Positions 31,006-40,148 of a stretch of DNA of 64,000 bases are shown here, piece by piece. The DNA lies in assembly GCA_964486045.1 (NCBI GenBank), contig CAZALK010000017.1, positions 32,001-96,000 of the forward strand. Reading direction: 5' to 3'. How positions within the stretch are numbered: the first letter of the stretch is position 1; the number at the start of each line of letters is the position of its first letter. The position numbers were made by a program, and so were the translations under genes. The notes beneath the pieces are model-generated. The model worked only from the letters and a program-made list of their open reading frames with translations, was not told the origin of the DNA and ran no database searches. Origin of the DNA: an uncultured archaeon (GTDB lineage: Archaea > Asgardarchaeota > Lokiarchaeia > Sigyniarchaeales > SOKP01).

Positions 31006-34000
31006 ATGATTCTGAGAGATTTTAAAAAGAAAAATATTTTAATCTTTAGCATTGTAATTGTTATTTTATCATCTTCTATTTTCTTTTTTTCTTTTAAAAA
31101 TAATTGGAATGATTATTTTGAAGGAACAAAATTTAACCACCCTAAACTACCTCAATTAGCTGCTCAAGAGACGCTAACAGTTGTATGGCTTGAAAATCCT
31201 AATTTCAATGATCCTATAGAACCTACATGGTATCCTGAATTAGCTGGAGATATCGATGATGTTGATGCAACTGTAGGTTCAGGGCAGGTTAATCTTGAAG
31301 TATTAGGAGATGTAAGAACATTCAACGACATTTATGGTACTCCCCAAGCTCAAGATTGGACAGAGTTTAATCATTCCATTCGACCTCTACCTCTTACTCA
31401 CGAAATTAATCAATACGGTTTCAATGTTTCACATGTATATTACGAAGGCTCAGGTGGTGATCAAACCGCAAATCTTGCAGGAGTTTTATGGAAAAGAAAT
31501 ATAACGATGCCCGTTGATATGTCAGATTACAACATAACTTCGGCTTTTGTAAGTGCTATTGTTAATGGATCAGCAGACCAAGATATTGAAACTATTAATG
31601 ATCTTCCAATTATTGGAGGATATGCATCGCTTTTTGATCATTCTTTCTTTTATGTCGTAATTTCAGACTTAAACAATGTAGAATATGAAGAAATAGCATC
31701 ATTCAGGACTGATATTTTGGGAGAGGGTAGAGTAGGACGAACTTACGCGAATTACTCTTCAAGAGACTTTCTTAACGATACTTTCATGGATCCGATTAGC
31801 GAAAGCGATATAATTTTTACATTAAATCAAATTTTCGAACTAAATCCCTATAATTTTACAATAACAATGGGTATAGAGATTGATTGTGAAGATAATTATG
31901 GAGGATATGAGCTTGATAAATGGTATTCTCTCCTCATTAAATCCTTAAATTTCACATTTTCTTATGAAAAGAAAATAGATCAATTTACTACTGCTTCATG
32001 GAATCAAGATGGCGATCAAATCAGTGATCTCGGTGGTGATACTATTATTATAAATGAAGCAAAACTTAATTTTAAATATAAAATCAATGAAACTTGGCCG
32101 GGATCGTCCCCAAATTCGGAAATTAGAGCTTATATTAATAATATTAAAATCTCAGAAACAATAAAACTTAGTAAGGCAAATTCTACTTTCCAATTTGCAA
32201 AATCAGGAGGAATTGAAGTCACTTCTTTAATTCCATACAATTCTAAAATAAATTTCTCAATTCAAGTTTATATTGCTGACGAATTTAATCTGGATAAAAA
32301 GATTTCTCTCTCCATTGATGATGTTTATCTCAATATTACTTATACGGTTACATTTCCAAATATACAGACAAATTTACAAATATTTTTTAATGGAGATAAT
32401 AAGACCCTAAATCCTATTTATGAACATCCAGTAAATCAAAATTTAAACATCACTATTAAGTATCCAGATAATTTAGGCATACATATTCCAGGAGCGGTAG
32501 TGCAATTATTTGGTAACCTTACGGGAGTTTTAACTGAAAATAGTACCTTAGGCCAATACACTATTATCATTAATGCAATTGATTTGATCCTGGGAGAATT
32601 CTTTTTCGATGTAATTGCTCATAGAATTAATTATGAGGCACGAATTATTGTGCCAATCTTGATTGTTACTGAGGTAACTACAGATAATTTACAACTTTTC
32701 TTAAATGGAGAAAATAAAACTTCTGATAAGAGTATTGATATTGCACTTAATAAATTACTTAATATCACAGTAAAATACAATGATATATTTGGAACACATG
32801 TTCCTGGTGCTACCGTAGAATTAACGGGTGAAGGGGTTTTTGAAACTTTAAATGAAAACTTATCCTTAAGACAATATTCAATTATCTTAAATACAACAGT
32901 AAAATTGAGCTTAGGAACTAATCTTTTAACGATTAATGCCCAAGCATCAGATTATTCAAAAAGTATTATTAATCCTCGAATTTCGATTAGACAAATTTAT
33001 GCCAAAATAACCCCTTTATCTGGATCTAATACAATAAGGATTTCTCCAGGAGGTTATGCTTTTGTCAGAATTTATATTAATAATACAGATTTTAATATAA
33101 ACATCACAGGTGCCATTGTCACTTATACATGGGATTATGATGATGGTATTCTTACCGATTTAGACCAAGACGGAATCTATGAAGGAGAATTTAATAATGT
33201 ACCAGAAGGAACACATTCAGTAATCATCAACGCATTTGGAAGCGATATATATAATTTTGAAAGTTATGAGATAATAATCGCAGCAGTAAGGCTAGAAGGT
33301 AATGCATTACTATTTCAAATATTAACCATAATTGCAATTGTAAGTGCTATAATGATAGGGGGTTATCTTTATGCATACCAAAAAGTATTAAAATTTCCAA
33401 AAGCCGTCAGAAAAGTTCGAAAATACCGAAAAAGACTTAAAAGAAAAAACCCACCAAAAATATCTATCAAAGAACGTAAAACAATTTTTAAATCAGTTTA
33501 CCAAAAGGAAATTAGTAAAACTTCTAAATTTCTGAAAGGAAAACCACGTGTTGAAAAATCCATAATTGAAAAACCGTTTGTAAAACAAAATGTTGTCTCC
33601 AAAACTAAAATTGGAAGCAAAGAAAAAAAGATAATACCTGAAAACAGCAACTTGGACAAAACACCTGATAAGCAGTTATTCGAACAAAAAAATTTTAAAA
33701 ATAAATTGGGGAATATGATAAAAAAATATAGGAAATCAATAAAAACATTCAATAATAGATTTGGGACTTTTTTTAAAGTAATTCTCCTGATCATTTTAAT
33801 ATTAGGTATGCCATTAATCATGCAATTATCTAATAGAATGATAAGAAATTTAGCAGAAAATTCTACATTTTCAAAAAATAGCAATGAAATTAATAACTTA
33901 GGATTAGCTGCTCAAGATTCCTTTACAACTCAATGGTTAAACAATACGACTTTTGATGATCCCATACAACCAGTTTGGTTTCCAATATTAGGAGTCTTGG

Positions 34001-36474
34001 GAGATGATACTGATGTGAATGCAACTACGAGTCTGGGTCAAGCGAATTTTGAAGTTTTAGGAAACTATACAACCTTTAATAATGTCTCGGGAGTTCCTCA
34101 ACCTGGGGATGGATGGAGTCCGTATAATAATTCATATTTCATTACACCAGACTATTATGAAATTAATGATATTACTGGAGTTATGGCTAATCACACTTAC
34201 GATGAAAATATTGATCAATCAAGAAATAGACCAAGTATACATTGGAGGTTAAATGTTAGTATGCCAGTTAATATGTCTGAATACATTATTACATCAGTGA
34301 ATTTAAGTGCGATTGTCAATGGAAGTGCAGATACTAACGTTGAAACCCCTCTGGATGATTTAAGTACTGGAGGAACTAGTGCTTGGTCTTACACTTATCA
34401 TGATTATGCTAGATTCTATGTAAAAATTTCAAATTTAAATTATGAAGATCTTAATGAAGTGGCTTATTATCAAACTGTTAACTTAGGAGAGGGTGATCAG
34501 TTACATGATGGTAGTGGCACTCTAGCTCCCACCTTAGATGATACTTTCATGAATTTAATAGAGAAATCTAGGATAATTTATTATTTAACTAGAGCATTAG
34601 AATATGATAATTTTAATTTTGGAATTACCTTAGGAATTGATATCTATACTGAAGATAATTATAATGATTTGGATTTGGATACATTTCACTCATTACTTAT
34701 CAAATCCTTTAATTTAACATTTTCTTATGAAAAAAGGATGGATATATTTACTTCTGTTTCATGGAATCAAAATGCAGACAAAATCAGTGGTCTTAGTAAT
34801 GATACAGTAATAGTAGATGAAGCATTACTTAATTTCAACTATACAATCGATCAGGATTGGGTTAGTTCATCTCCAAATTCTGAACTCAGAATATTAATTA
34901 ATGATAACCAACACTTTGAAACAGTAAAATTAAGTACTGCTAACACATCGTTTCAATTAGCAAAATCAGGCGGATTTGATATCACTTCCCTAATAACTGA
35001 TGATGTAAATGTTTCTATTCAACTCTATTTAGCAGATAATTTTGGATTAAATCGCACTATAACAGTTTCAATTGATGATGTGACCCTAAATATTTCTTAT
35101 ACAATAATTTTTCCAGATATAGAGACTAATTATCAGCTGATATTAAATAATGAAAATAGAACTCTGACTCCTAATTTTGAACTTATTGTGGGGCAACAAC
35201 TTAACATAACGATAAAATATCTAAACATGACAGGTAATCATGTACCTAATGCCACAGTATTATTAGCAGGGAATTTTACAGGAACTTTAACTGAAAATGA
35301 AACCTTAGGGCAATATTCCTTTATCATTAACACAAATGTTTCTAATATTGGGACTAATTTTTTAACCATTACAGCACAAGCGGTGGATCATCAATTGCAA
35401 AAAATAACCCCAACAATTACAGTTAATAAAATAGGTACAAATGATCTTCAAGTATTCCTGAATAAAGAAGATATGACTCTAGATCCTAGTATAGAATCAA
35501 TAGTTGGGGAGGAGTTAAACGTAACCATAAAATATCTCGATTTAATGGGTATACATGTCCCTAATGGTACAGTTAGATTGATATCTGTAGGTATTACTAA
35601 AGATTTAAACGAAAGCTTAATTTTTGAGCAATATACTGTGCTTGTGAATACTTCAGATAGGATGAAAATTGGAAGTAATTTATTAACAATTGAAGCTCAA
35701 ACATCGTTGCTTGAAACTAAATACGCTTTTATAAGCTTATACGTTAGAAAGATTAATGTAGATATTGTTACGTTATCAGGATCGAATACCATAGTTACAA
35801 GTGTTGGGAAGGATATCACTCTCCAAATAAAATTGAATAATACTGATCTTGGAGGATTGATTAAAGGTTCCATTGTTACATTTAGCTGGGAACAGGCGAG
35901 TGGAATTCTCGCAGATCCTAATAATGATGGAATATATGAAATTACTATCCCAAATCTACCCTTAGGAGATTTTACATTTACTATTTCGGGATTTGCTGGT
36001 GATGATTATGATATACAAGATTTTGACATTTTCGTTATTTCTGTGGCACAAGAAGTAGAAGATCCAACATTATTCATAGCCTTGTTTATCCTTGCTATAA
36101 TTTTAGTTTCTGGACTTATAAGTTATCTAGTTATATACCAAAGGTATTTAAAATATCCAAAACCAGTTAGAAAAGTCCGAAAATATAAAAAATCTTTAAG
36201 AAAGAAAAATGTTCCTTCCATATATATAAGAGGGCGAGAATCGTCTTTTAAATCACTCTATAATGAAAACATCGGCACTTTTTCAAAAGATCTAAAACTA
36301 AAACACCATTCCGAGCTAATTAAACCTTTAACCCAAAAGGGAACTCCTGACATGGTGACCACAAATTCATTAGAAACAAAAATAGAGCAAGAACAATTAA
36401 CTAAGAAAGTTATCGAGAAAAAGTATGAATTAGACGATTTAATCAAAGATTTTTCAAAAGACTCTTCAAAATAA
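31006..36474 (+). CDS. Tandem fusion of two paralogous surface glycoprotein units
   Basis: Two complete TM-head-3 repeats-TM-tail units; the second begins near ATG 33715. Confidence 0.8.
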   Translation: MILRDFKKKNILIFSIVIVILSSSIFFFSFKNNWNDYFEGTKFNHPKLPQLAAQETLTVVWLENPNFNDPIEPTWYPELAGDIDDVDATVGSGQVNLEVLGDVRTFNDIYGTPQAQDWTEFNHSIRPLPLTHEINQYGFNVSHVYYEGSGGDQTANLAGVLWKRNITMPVDMSDYNITSAFVSAIVNGSADQDIETINDLPIIGGYASLFDHSFFYVVISDLNNVEYEEIASFRTDILGEGRVGRTYANYSSRDFLNDTFMDPISESDIIFTLNQIFELNPYNFTITMGIEIDCEDNYGGYELDKWYSLLIKSLNFTFSYEKKIDQFTTASWNQDGDQISDLGGDTIIINEAKLNFKYKINETWPGSSPNSEIRAYINNIKISETIKLSKANSTFQFAKSGGIEVTSLIPYNSKINFSIQVYIADEFNLDKKISLSIDDVYLNITYTVTFPNIQTNLQIFFNGDNKTLNPIYEHPVNQNLNITIKYPDNLGIHIPGAVVQLFGNLTGVLTENSTLGQYTIIINAIDLILGEFFFDVIAHRINYEARIIVPILIVTEVTTDNLQLFLNGENKTSDKSIDIALNKLLNITVKYNDIFGTHVPGATVELTGEGVFETLNENLSLRQYSIILNTTVKLSLGTNLLTINAQASDYSKSIINPRISIRQIYAKITPLSGSNTIRISPGGYAFVRIYINNTDFNINITGAIVTYTWDYDDGILTDLDQDGIYEGEFNNVPEGTHSVIINAFGSDIYNFESYEIIIAAVRLEGNALLFQILTIIAIVSAIMIGGYLYAYQKVLKFPKAVRKVRKYRKRLKRKNPPKISIKERKTIFKSVYQKEISKTSKFLKGKPRVEKSIIEKPFVKQNVVSKTKIGSKEKKIIPENSNLDKTPDKQLFEQKNFKNKLGNMIKKYRKSIKTFNNRFGTFFKVILLIILILGMPLIMQLSNRMIRNLAENSTFSKNSNEINNLGLAAQDSFTTQWLNNTTFDDPIQPVWFPILGVLGDDTDVNATTSLGQANFEVLGNYTTFNNVSGVPQPGDGWSPYNNSYFITPDYYEINDITGVMANHTYDENIDQSRNRPSIHWRLNVSMPVNMSEYIITSVNLSAIVNGSADTNVETPLDDLSTGGTSAWSYTYHDYARFYVKISNLNYEDLNEVAYYQTVNLGEGDQLHDGSGTLAPTLDDTFMNLIEKSRIIYYLTRALEYDNFNFGITLGIDIYTEDNYNDLDLDTFHSLLIKSFNLTFSYEKRMDIFTSVSWNQNADKISGLSNDTVIVDEALLNFNYTIDQDWVSSSPNSELRILINDNQHFETVKLSTANTSFQLAKSGGFDITSLITDDVNVSIQLYLADNFGLNRTITVSIDDVTLNISYTIIFPDIETNYQLILNNENRTLTPNFELIVGQQLNITIKYLNMTGNHVPNATVLLAGNFTGTLTENETLGQYSFIINTNVSNIGTNFLTITAQAVDHQLQKITPTITVNKIGTNDLQVFLNKEDMTLDPSIESIVGEELNVTIKYLDLMGIHVPNGTVRLISVGITKDLNESLIFEQYTVLVNTSDRMKIGSNLLTIEAQTSLLETKYAFISLYVRKINVDIVTLSGSNTIVTSVGKDITLQIKLNNTDLGGLIKGSIVTFSWEQASGILADPNNDGIYEITIPNLPLGDFTFTISGFAGDDYDIQDFDIFVISVAQEVEDPTLFIALFILAIILVSGLISYLVIYQRYLKYPKPVRKVRKYKKSLRKKNVPSIYIRGRESSFKSLYNENIGTFSKDLKLKHHSELIKPLTQKGTPDMVTTNSLETKIEQEQLTKKVIEKKYELDDLIKDFSKDSSK

Positions 36475-36481
36475 ACTAAAA

Positions 36482-37060
36482 TTAAATATTAGATTTTATT
36501 AACGAATCTTTTTGACTTTTTAAGCAAGCTAACACTAGGGCATCATAAAAAACCCCATGAAAATTCAAATATTGCTTTAAAATCCCTTCTTTTTTAAATC
36601 CACATTTTTTAAAAAGATGGGTGGAGCTTTCATTATTAATATCAATATGAGTTTCGAGACGATTTAATTTTAGATGATGAAAACCAATATTTTTAATTAA
36701 ATTCAAGGCTCTTTCACCAAATCCTTTATTCCAGCAAGATGGGATGATCCAAATGCCAATTTCTCCTCTATTATGTCTCCAATTTAGATTCCAAAGATTA
36801 ACAGAACCGATACGTTTTACACTCGATTCTCGTAATTCAATTACATAATTATATTGAGCGTAATTGTCCCAAAATTTTAAATATTTTCTAATTAAGATTT
36901 TAGAATCTAGGTAAGTTGCTAAAGGTCCCAATGATAAATAAGCAATTAAATCTTTTTCATTCAAACTAGTAAAGAAAAATTTAGCATCACTTTTTTTTAC
37001 TTTTCTTAAGAAAAAAGACTTATCATTAATTTCCTCAACAATGTCAAGATCAAAATACAT
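36482..37060 (-). CDS. GNAT acetyltransferase, RimJ/RimL family
   Basis: GEIGIWI...WNKGFG, NESS..LFKKCGFKKEGILKQ. Confidence 0.9.
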   Translation of the reverse strand: MYFDLDIVEEINDKSFFLRKVKKSDAKFFFTSLNEKDLIAYLSLGPLATYLDSKILIRKYLKFWDNYAQYNYVIELRESSVKRIGSVNLWNLNWRHNRGEIGIWIIPSCWNKGFGERALNLIKNIGFHHLKLNRLETHIDINNESSTHLFKKCGFKKEGILKQYLNFHGVFYDALVLACLKSQKDSLIKSNI

Positions 37061-37142
37061 TTCGTTAAAACCTTTAGGGATTATTACTTTTGTAATAATT
37101 AAAATTTATTAAAAAAAAAAGAAAAACTGAAAAAAGGATAAA

Positions 37143-37973
37143 CTACATCCCTCCAGTAAATTTAGGATTCCTTTTTTGTAAAAATGCCCCAATTCCTTCG
37201 CTAACATCTTTTGATGCGGAATTTATGCCGAAAGCAAGCATCTCTAGCGCATTTCCTACATTTAAAGATGCTTGTGTTCCGAATTTTACAGCTTTCTTGA
37301 TACAGAATAAACCCGTAGTAGCAGAACTTCCTAAAAATGATGCTTTTTCATGAATAAGGGTTTCAAACTCATCTCCGTCATTACATAAAAAGCTGACATA
37401 CCCCCATTCATGCATAGTTTCAGCAGATTCGCGTTCGCCGAAATAACACATTTTCAAAGCTCTTGCTTGTCCCACGTGTCTTGCCATTCTTTGAGTACCA
37501 CCATTTCCTGGAAAAATTCCGCGTGCTATTTCAGGAAAACCGAAAAATGATCTTTTCGTAGCAATTATAATATCACAAACAAGAGTTAATTCACATCCAC
37601 CGCCAAAAGCATATCCATCTACCGCAGCAATAACAGGTTTTGGAAATTCTTCAATTAAAGTGTAATATTTATGTTTCTGTTGCATAGCTAATACCATGTG
37701 AGCAGGAATAGTCGGATTTAAACCCTTTCCCATACCCGCGGATAAATCGGCACCCGAAGAAAATGCAGCTTTCTTTGTAATATTTTTTGTTCCTCGAAGA
37801 ACTATACATCTGATGCTACTGTCGATTTCAAATTGTTCCATAGCTTCATAGATCTCTCTTAATGTGTCAGTTGTAAGAGCATTCAATTTATCTGGTCTAT
37901 TTATTGAAATAACAACATAATTCCCATCTTCCACTCTTTCTACTAAAACATCTTTAAATTTTTTTTCTGACAT
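37143..37973 (-). CDS. Enoyl-CoA hydratase/isomerase
   Basis: INRPDKLNAL, FSSGADL, KPVIAAVDGYAFGGGCEL, PEIARGIFPG.GGTQR. Confidence 0.93.
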   Translation of the reverse strand: MSEKKFKDVLVERVEDGNYVVISINRPDKLNALTTDTLREIYEAMEQFEIDSSIRCIVLRGTKNITKKAAFSSGADLSAGMGKGLNPTIPAHMVLAMQQKHKYYTLIEEFPKPVIAAVDGYAFGGGCELTLVCDIIIATKRSFFGFPEIARGIFPGNGGTQRMARHVGQARALKMCYFGERESAETMHEWGYVSFLCNDGDEFETLIHEKASFLGSSATTGLFCIKKAVKFGTQASLNVGNALEMLAFGINSASKDVSEGIGAFLQKRNPKFTGGM

Positions 37974-38124
37974 TTTTTTTGACTCTTTCCATATTGGTTT
38001 CTTCTTTTTTTTTTTATTCTTAAACTTTATTACTTAAAGACTATAACTATTACTTTTTTTTAATTAAAAACTATCAATCCGAAACTAAAATATAAGAAAA
38101 AAATAGGAAGTTAATATATAATAA

Positions 38125-39297
38125 TCACGTATATTCAACCCATTTTCCACTTCTTAACAGTTCACAGGGTTTAAAGTATTCTTTTCCTGTTAATTCTACG
38201 AGTTCTTCTAAAACTTCGATTTGTCGCTGCCAGGTTTTTTGATTTGCCGCCATCGGACCTGGCATATTCATTCCCGCCACTAATGTATCATCTATTATTT
38301 TCCAGCTTGTTGTGATTCCATCTTCTATTACACGACAGGCTTCATTCAACATAATGGCAAGTGGATATTTGAGTTTATATAGTTTAGCTTTTCCCGCGGA
38401 TTTATCAGGTTGTGGTCTTCCCTTAGTCCAATCTCGAAATCCTTGACCCGTCTTAGCCCCTAATTTTCCCTCATTAAACAGTTGAGATATAATTTTGCCA
38501 GGAATAAAGTCTGGAGAGAGAGTTTGAGAGTAATATGTCTGTCCATGGTATAACACGTCAATACCTATATAATCGGCAAAAATTGTCATCGGCATAGGCC
38601 CTCCTAAACCATCGTTGTCTAACTGATCCCACGAAAATCCTTCAGCAGCAGCTTTATCAAAAATATAATTTTGATAAATTTGAACGGGAGCAGTAACTCG
38701 ATTGCAAATAAACCCAGGTTTGTCTTTTAGCACCTTTGGAACATACCTCTTTCCTCTAAGGCAAGGGATGCTTTCTGCAAATTCAATACCCTTATTTACA
38801 CTTTCATCAGTGGAATGGTCGCTATAAATAACTTCAATTAGTTTCATTAAAGGTACAGGATTAAAAAAATGCATTCCTATACATTTATCAGGTCTTCCTG
38901 ATTCTTTTCCAATATCTGTAATACTCATTGTTGATGTGTTTGATGCAAGAATACAATGGGCTGGTGAATTTTCACCAACAGTTTTGAAAACTTGTTTCTT
39001 GATATCCATTCTCTCAACAACTGCTTCGATCATAATATCAGCATCTTTAACCGCCAAAGCCACATCGGTCGATTTTTTACAATTTGCCATTAAACCCGCA
39101 GCAGTAGCACCTTCAGGTAAGCTACCCTTAGTTTCAAGTTTTTTCATTCCTCCATCAATTTTACTCCATCCTTTATTCACAAATTCCTCGTTTATATCCA
39201 CAAGTGTAACATTATAACCCGCTAATAATGACATTTGAGCTATTCCATGACCCATTTGGCCGGCGCCAACTACTACAACATTTTTAATATCAACCAT
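38125..39297 (-). CDS. 3-hydroxyacyl-CoA dehydrogenase (start taken at the ATG of MVDIK)
   Basis: VVGAGQMGHGIA, IEAVVE, ASNTSTMSIT, GMHFFNPVPLMKLIE. Confidence 0.93.
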   Translation of the reverse strand: MVDIKNVVVVGAGQMGHGIAQMSLLAGYNVTLVDINEEFVNKGWSKIDGGMKKLETKGSLPEGATAAGLMANCKKSTDVALAVKDADIMIEAVVERMDIKKQVFKTVGENSPAHCILASNTSTMSITDIGKESGRPDKCIGMHFFNPVPLMKLIEVIYSDHSTDESVNKGIEFAESIPCLRGKRYVPKVLKDKPGFICNRVTAPVQIYQNYIFDKAAAEGFSWDQLDNDGLGGPMPMTIFADYIGIDVLYHGQTYYSQTLSPDFIPGKIISQLFNEGKLGAKTGQGFRDWTKGRPQPDKSAGKAKLYKLKYPLAIMLNEACRVIEDGITTSWKIIDDTLVAGMNMPGPMAANQKTWQRQIEVLEELVELTGKEYFKPCELLRSGKWVEYT

Positions 39298-39547
39298 ATT
39301 TTTTTCACAAATTTTTAAGTCCAAAATTATGTTTGTTATGATAATTTTAATGTTACTAATGATATATTTTTTTTAAATTTTTAGACATATTGTTCTTTTT
39401 AAAAGTTCATCTCTGTGATGCAAATAGATCAAAAATAGTTTGAAACAATCAAGAGTAAAAAATGAAAAAATTAGAATTCTTTTCTTATAAATTCATTCCA
39501 AAAAAACTATCGAATTTTACCTTAATAACAAAAGTGTGAGATTAATG

Positions 39548-40027
39548 CTAAGATTTATTTAATCTAATAATCTTTTTGATAGCCCTCTCTACATTTTCGT
39601 CGATGATTACTAGAACTTTTTCATACGTTCTATTTGTAGTATAATACGGATCAATAATATCTATCTCATCTGTTTCTTCGTTAAATTCTCTTAATGTAAA
39701 GGTTTTCTTGGGAATATCTTTAATATTGCTATAGTTTTGAATAATTTCGGTAGAATGTGAGTGCTCCATTGTTAGGATTAAATCTTGATTTTCTAATAAT
39801 TTTCGAGTTATTAATTGAGGTCTAAAACCAGAGTAATCAATCCCTTTTAAATCTAAATACTTTCGAGATGTTGGTTGAATAGAAGAAAAAGCATTTATAA
39901 AACCTGCACTTTCAATAATTAAATCACCACCAAACTCTTCATTATAATACCTGGCTAAATATTCAGCAACGGGTGATCTCGCTGTATTACCCAAACAAAC
40001 CATAAGAATTCGTTTTATTTTTTTCAT
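39548..40027 (-). CDS. Low-molecular-weight protein tyrosine phosphatase family protein
   Basis: VCLGNTARSPVAE P-loop, DLILTM, IIDPYY. Confidence 0.9.
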   Translation of the reverse strand: MKKIKRILMVCLGNTARSPVAEYLARYYNEEFGGDLIIESAGFINAFSSIQPTSRKYLDLKGIDYSGFRPQLITRKLLENQDLILTMEHSHSTEIIQNYSNIKDIPKKTFTLREFNEETDEIDIIDPYYTTNRTYEKVLVIIDENVERAIKKIIRLNKS

Positions 40028-40148
40028 TTTCTAACGTTTTTTTCTGATTCATGTAAGATTTAAAGTAGAATTAAGTCTTTGTATTTAAGAAATGAAATAT
40101 AAATTAAAACAAAAATTTATAGAATTATAAATTTAAACAGTATGACGC

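Noticed and set aside
39975-40000. LMW-PTP P-loop CLGNTARS lacks the second Cys
   Set aside because: Catalytic Cys, Asn, Arg and the DPY Asp are intact; the second Cys is variable in the family.
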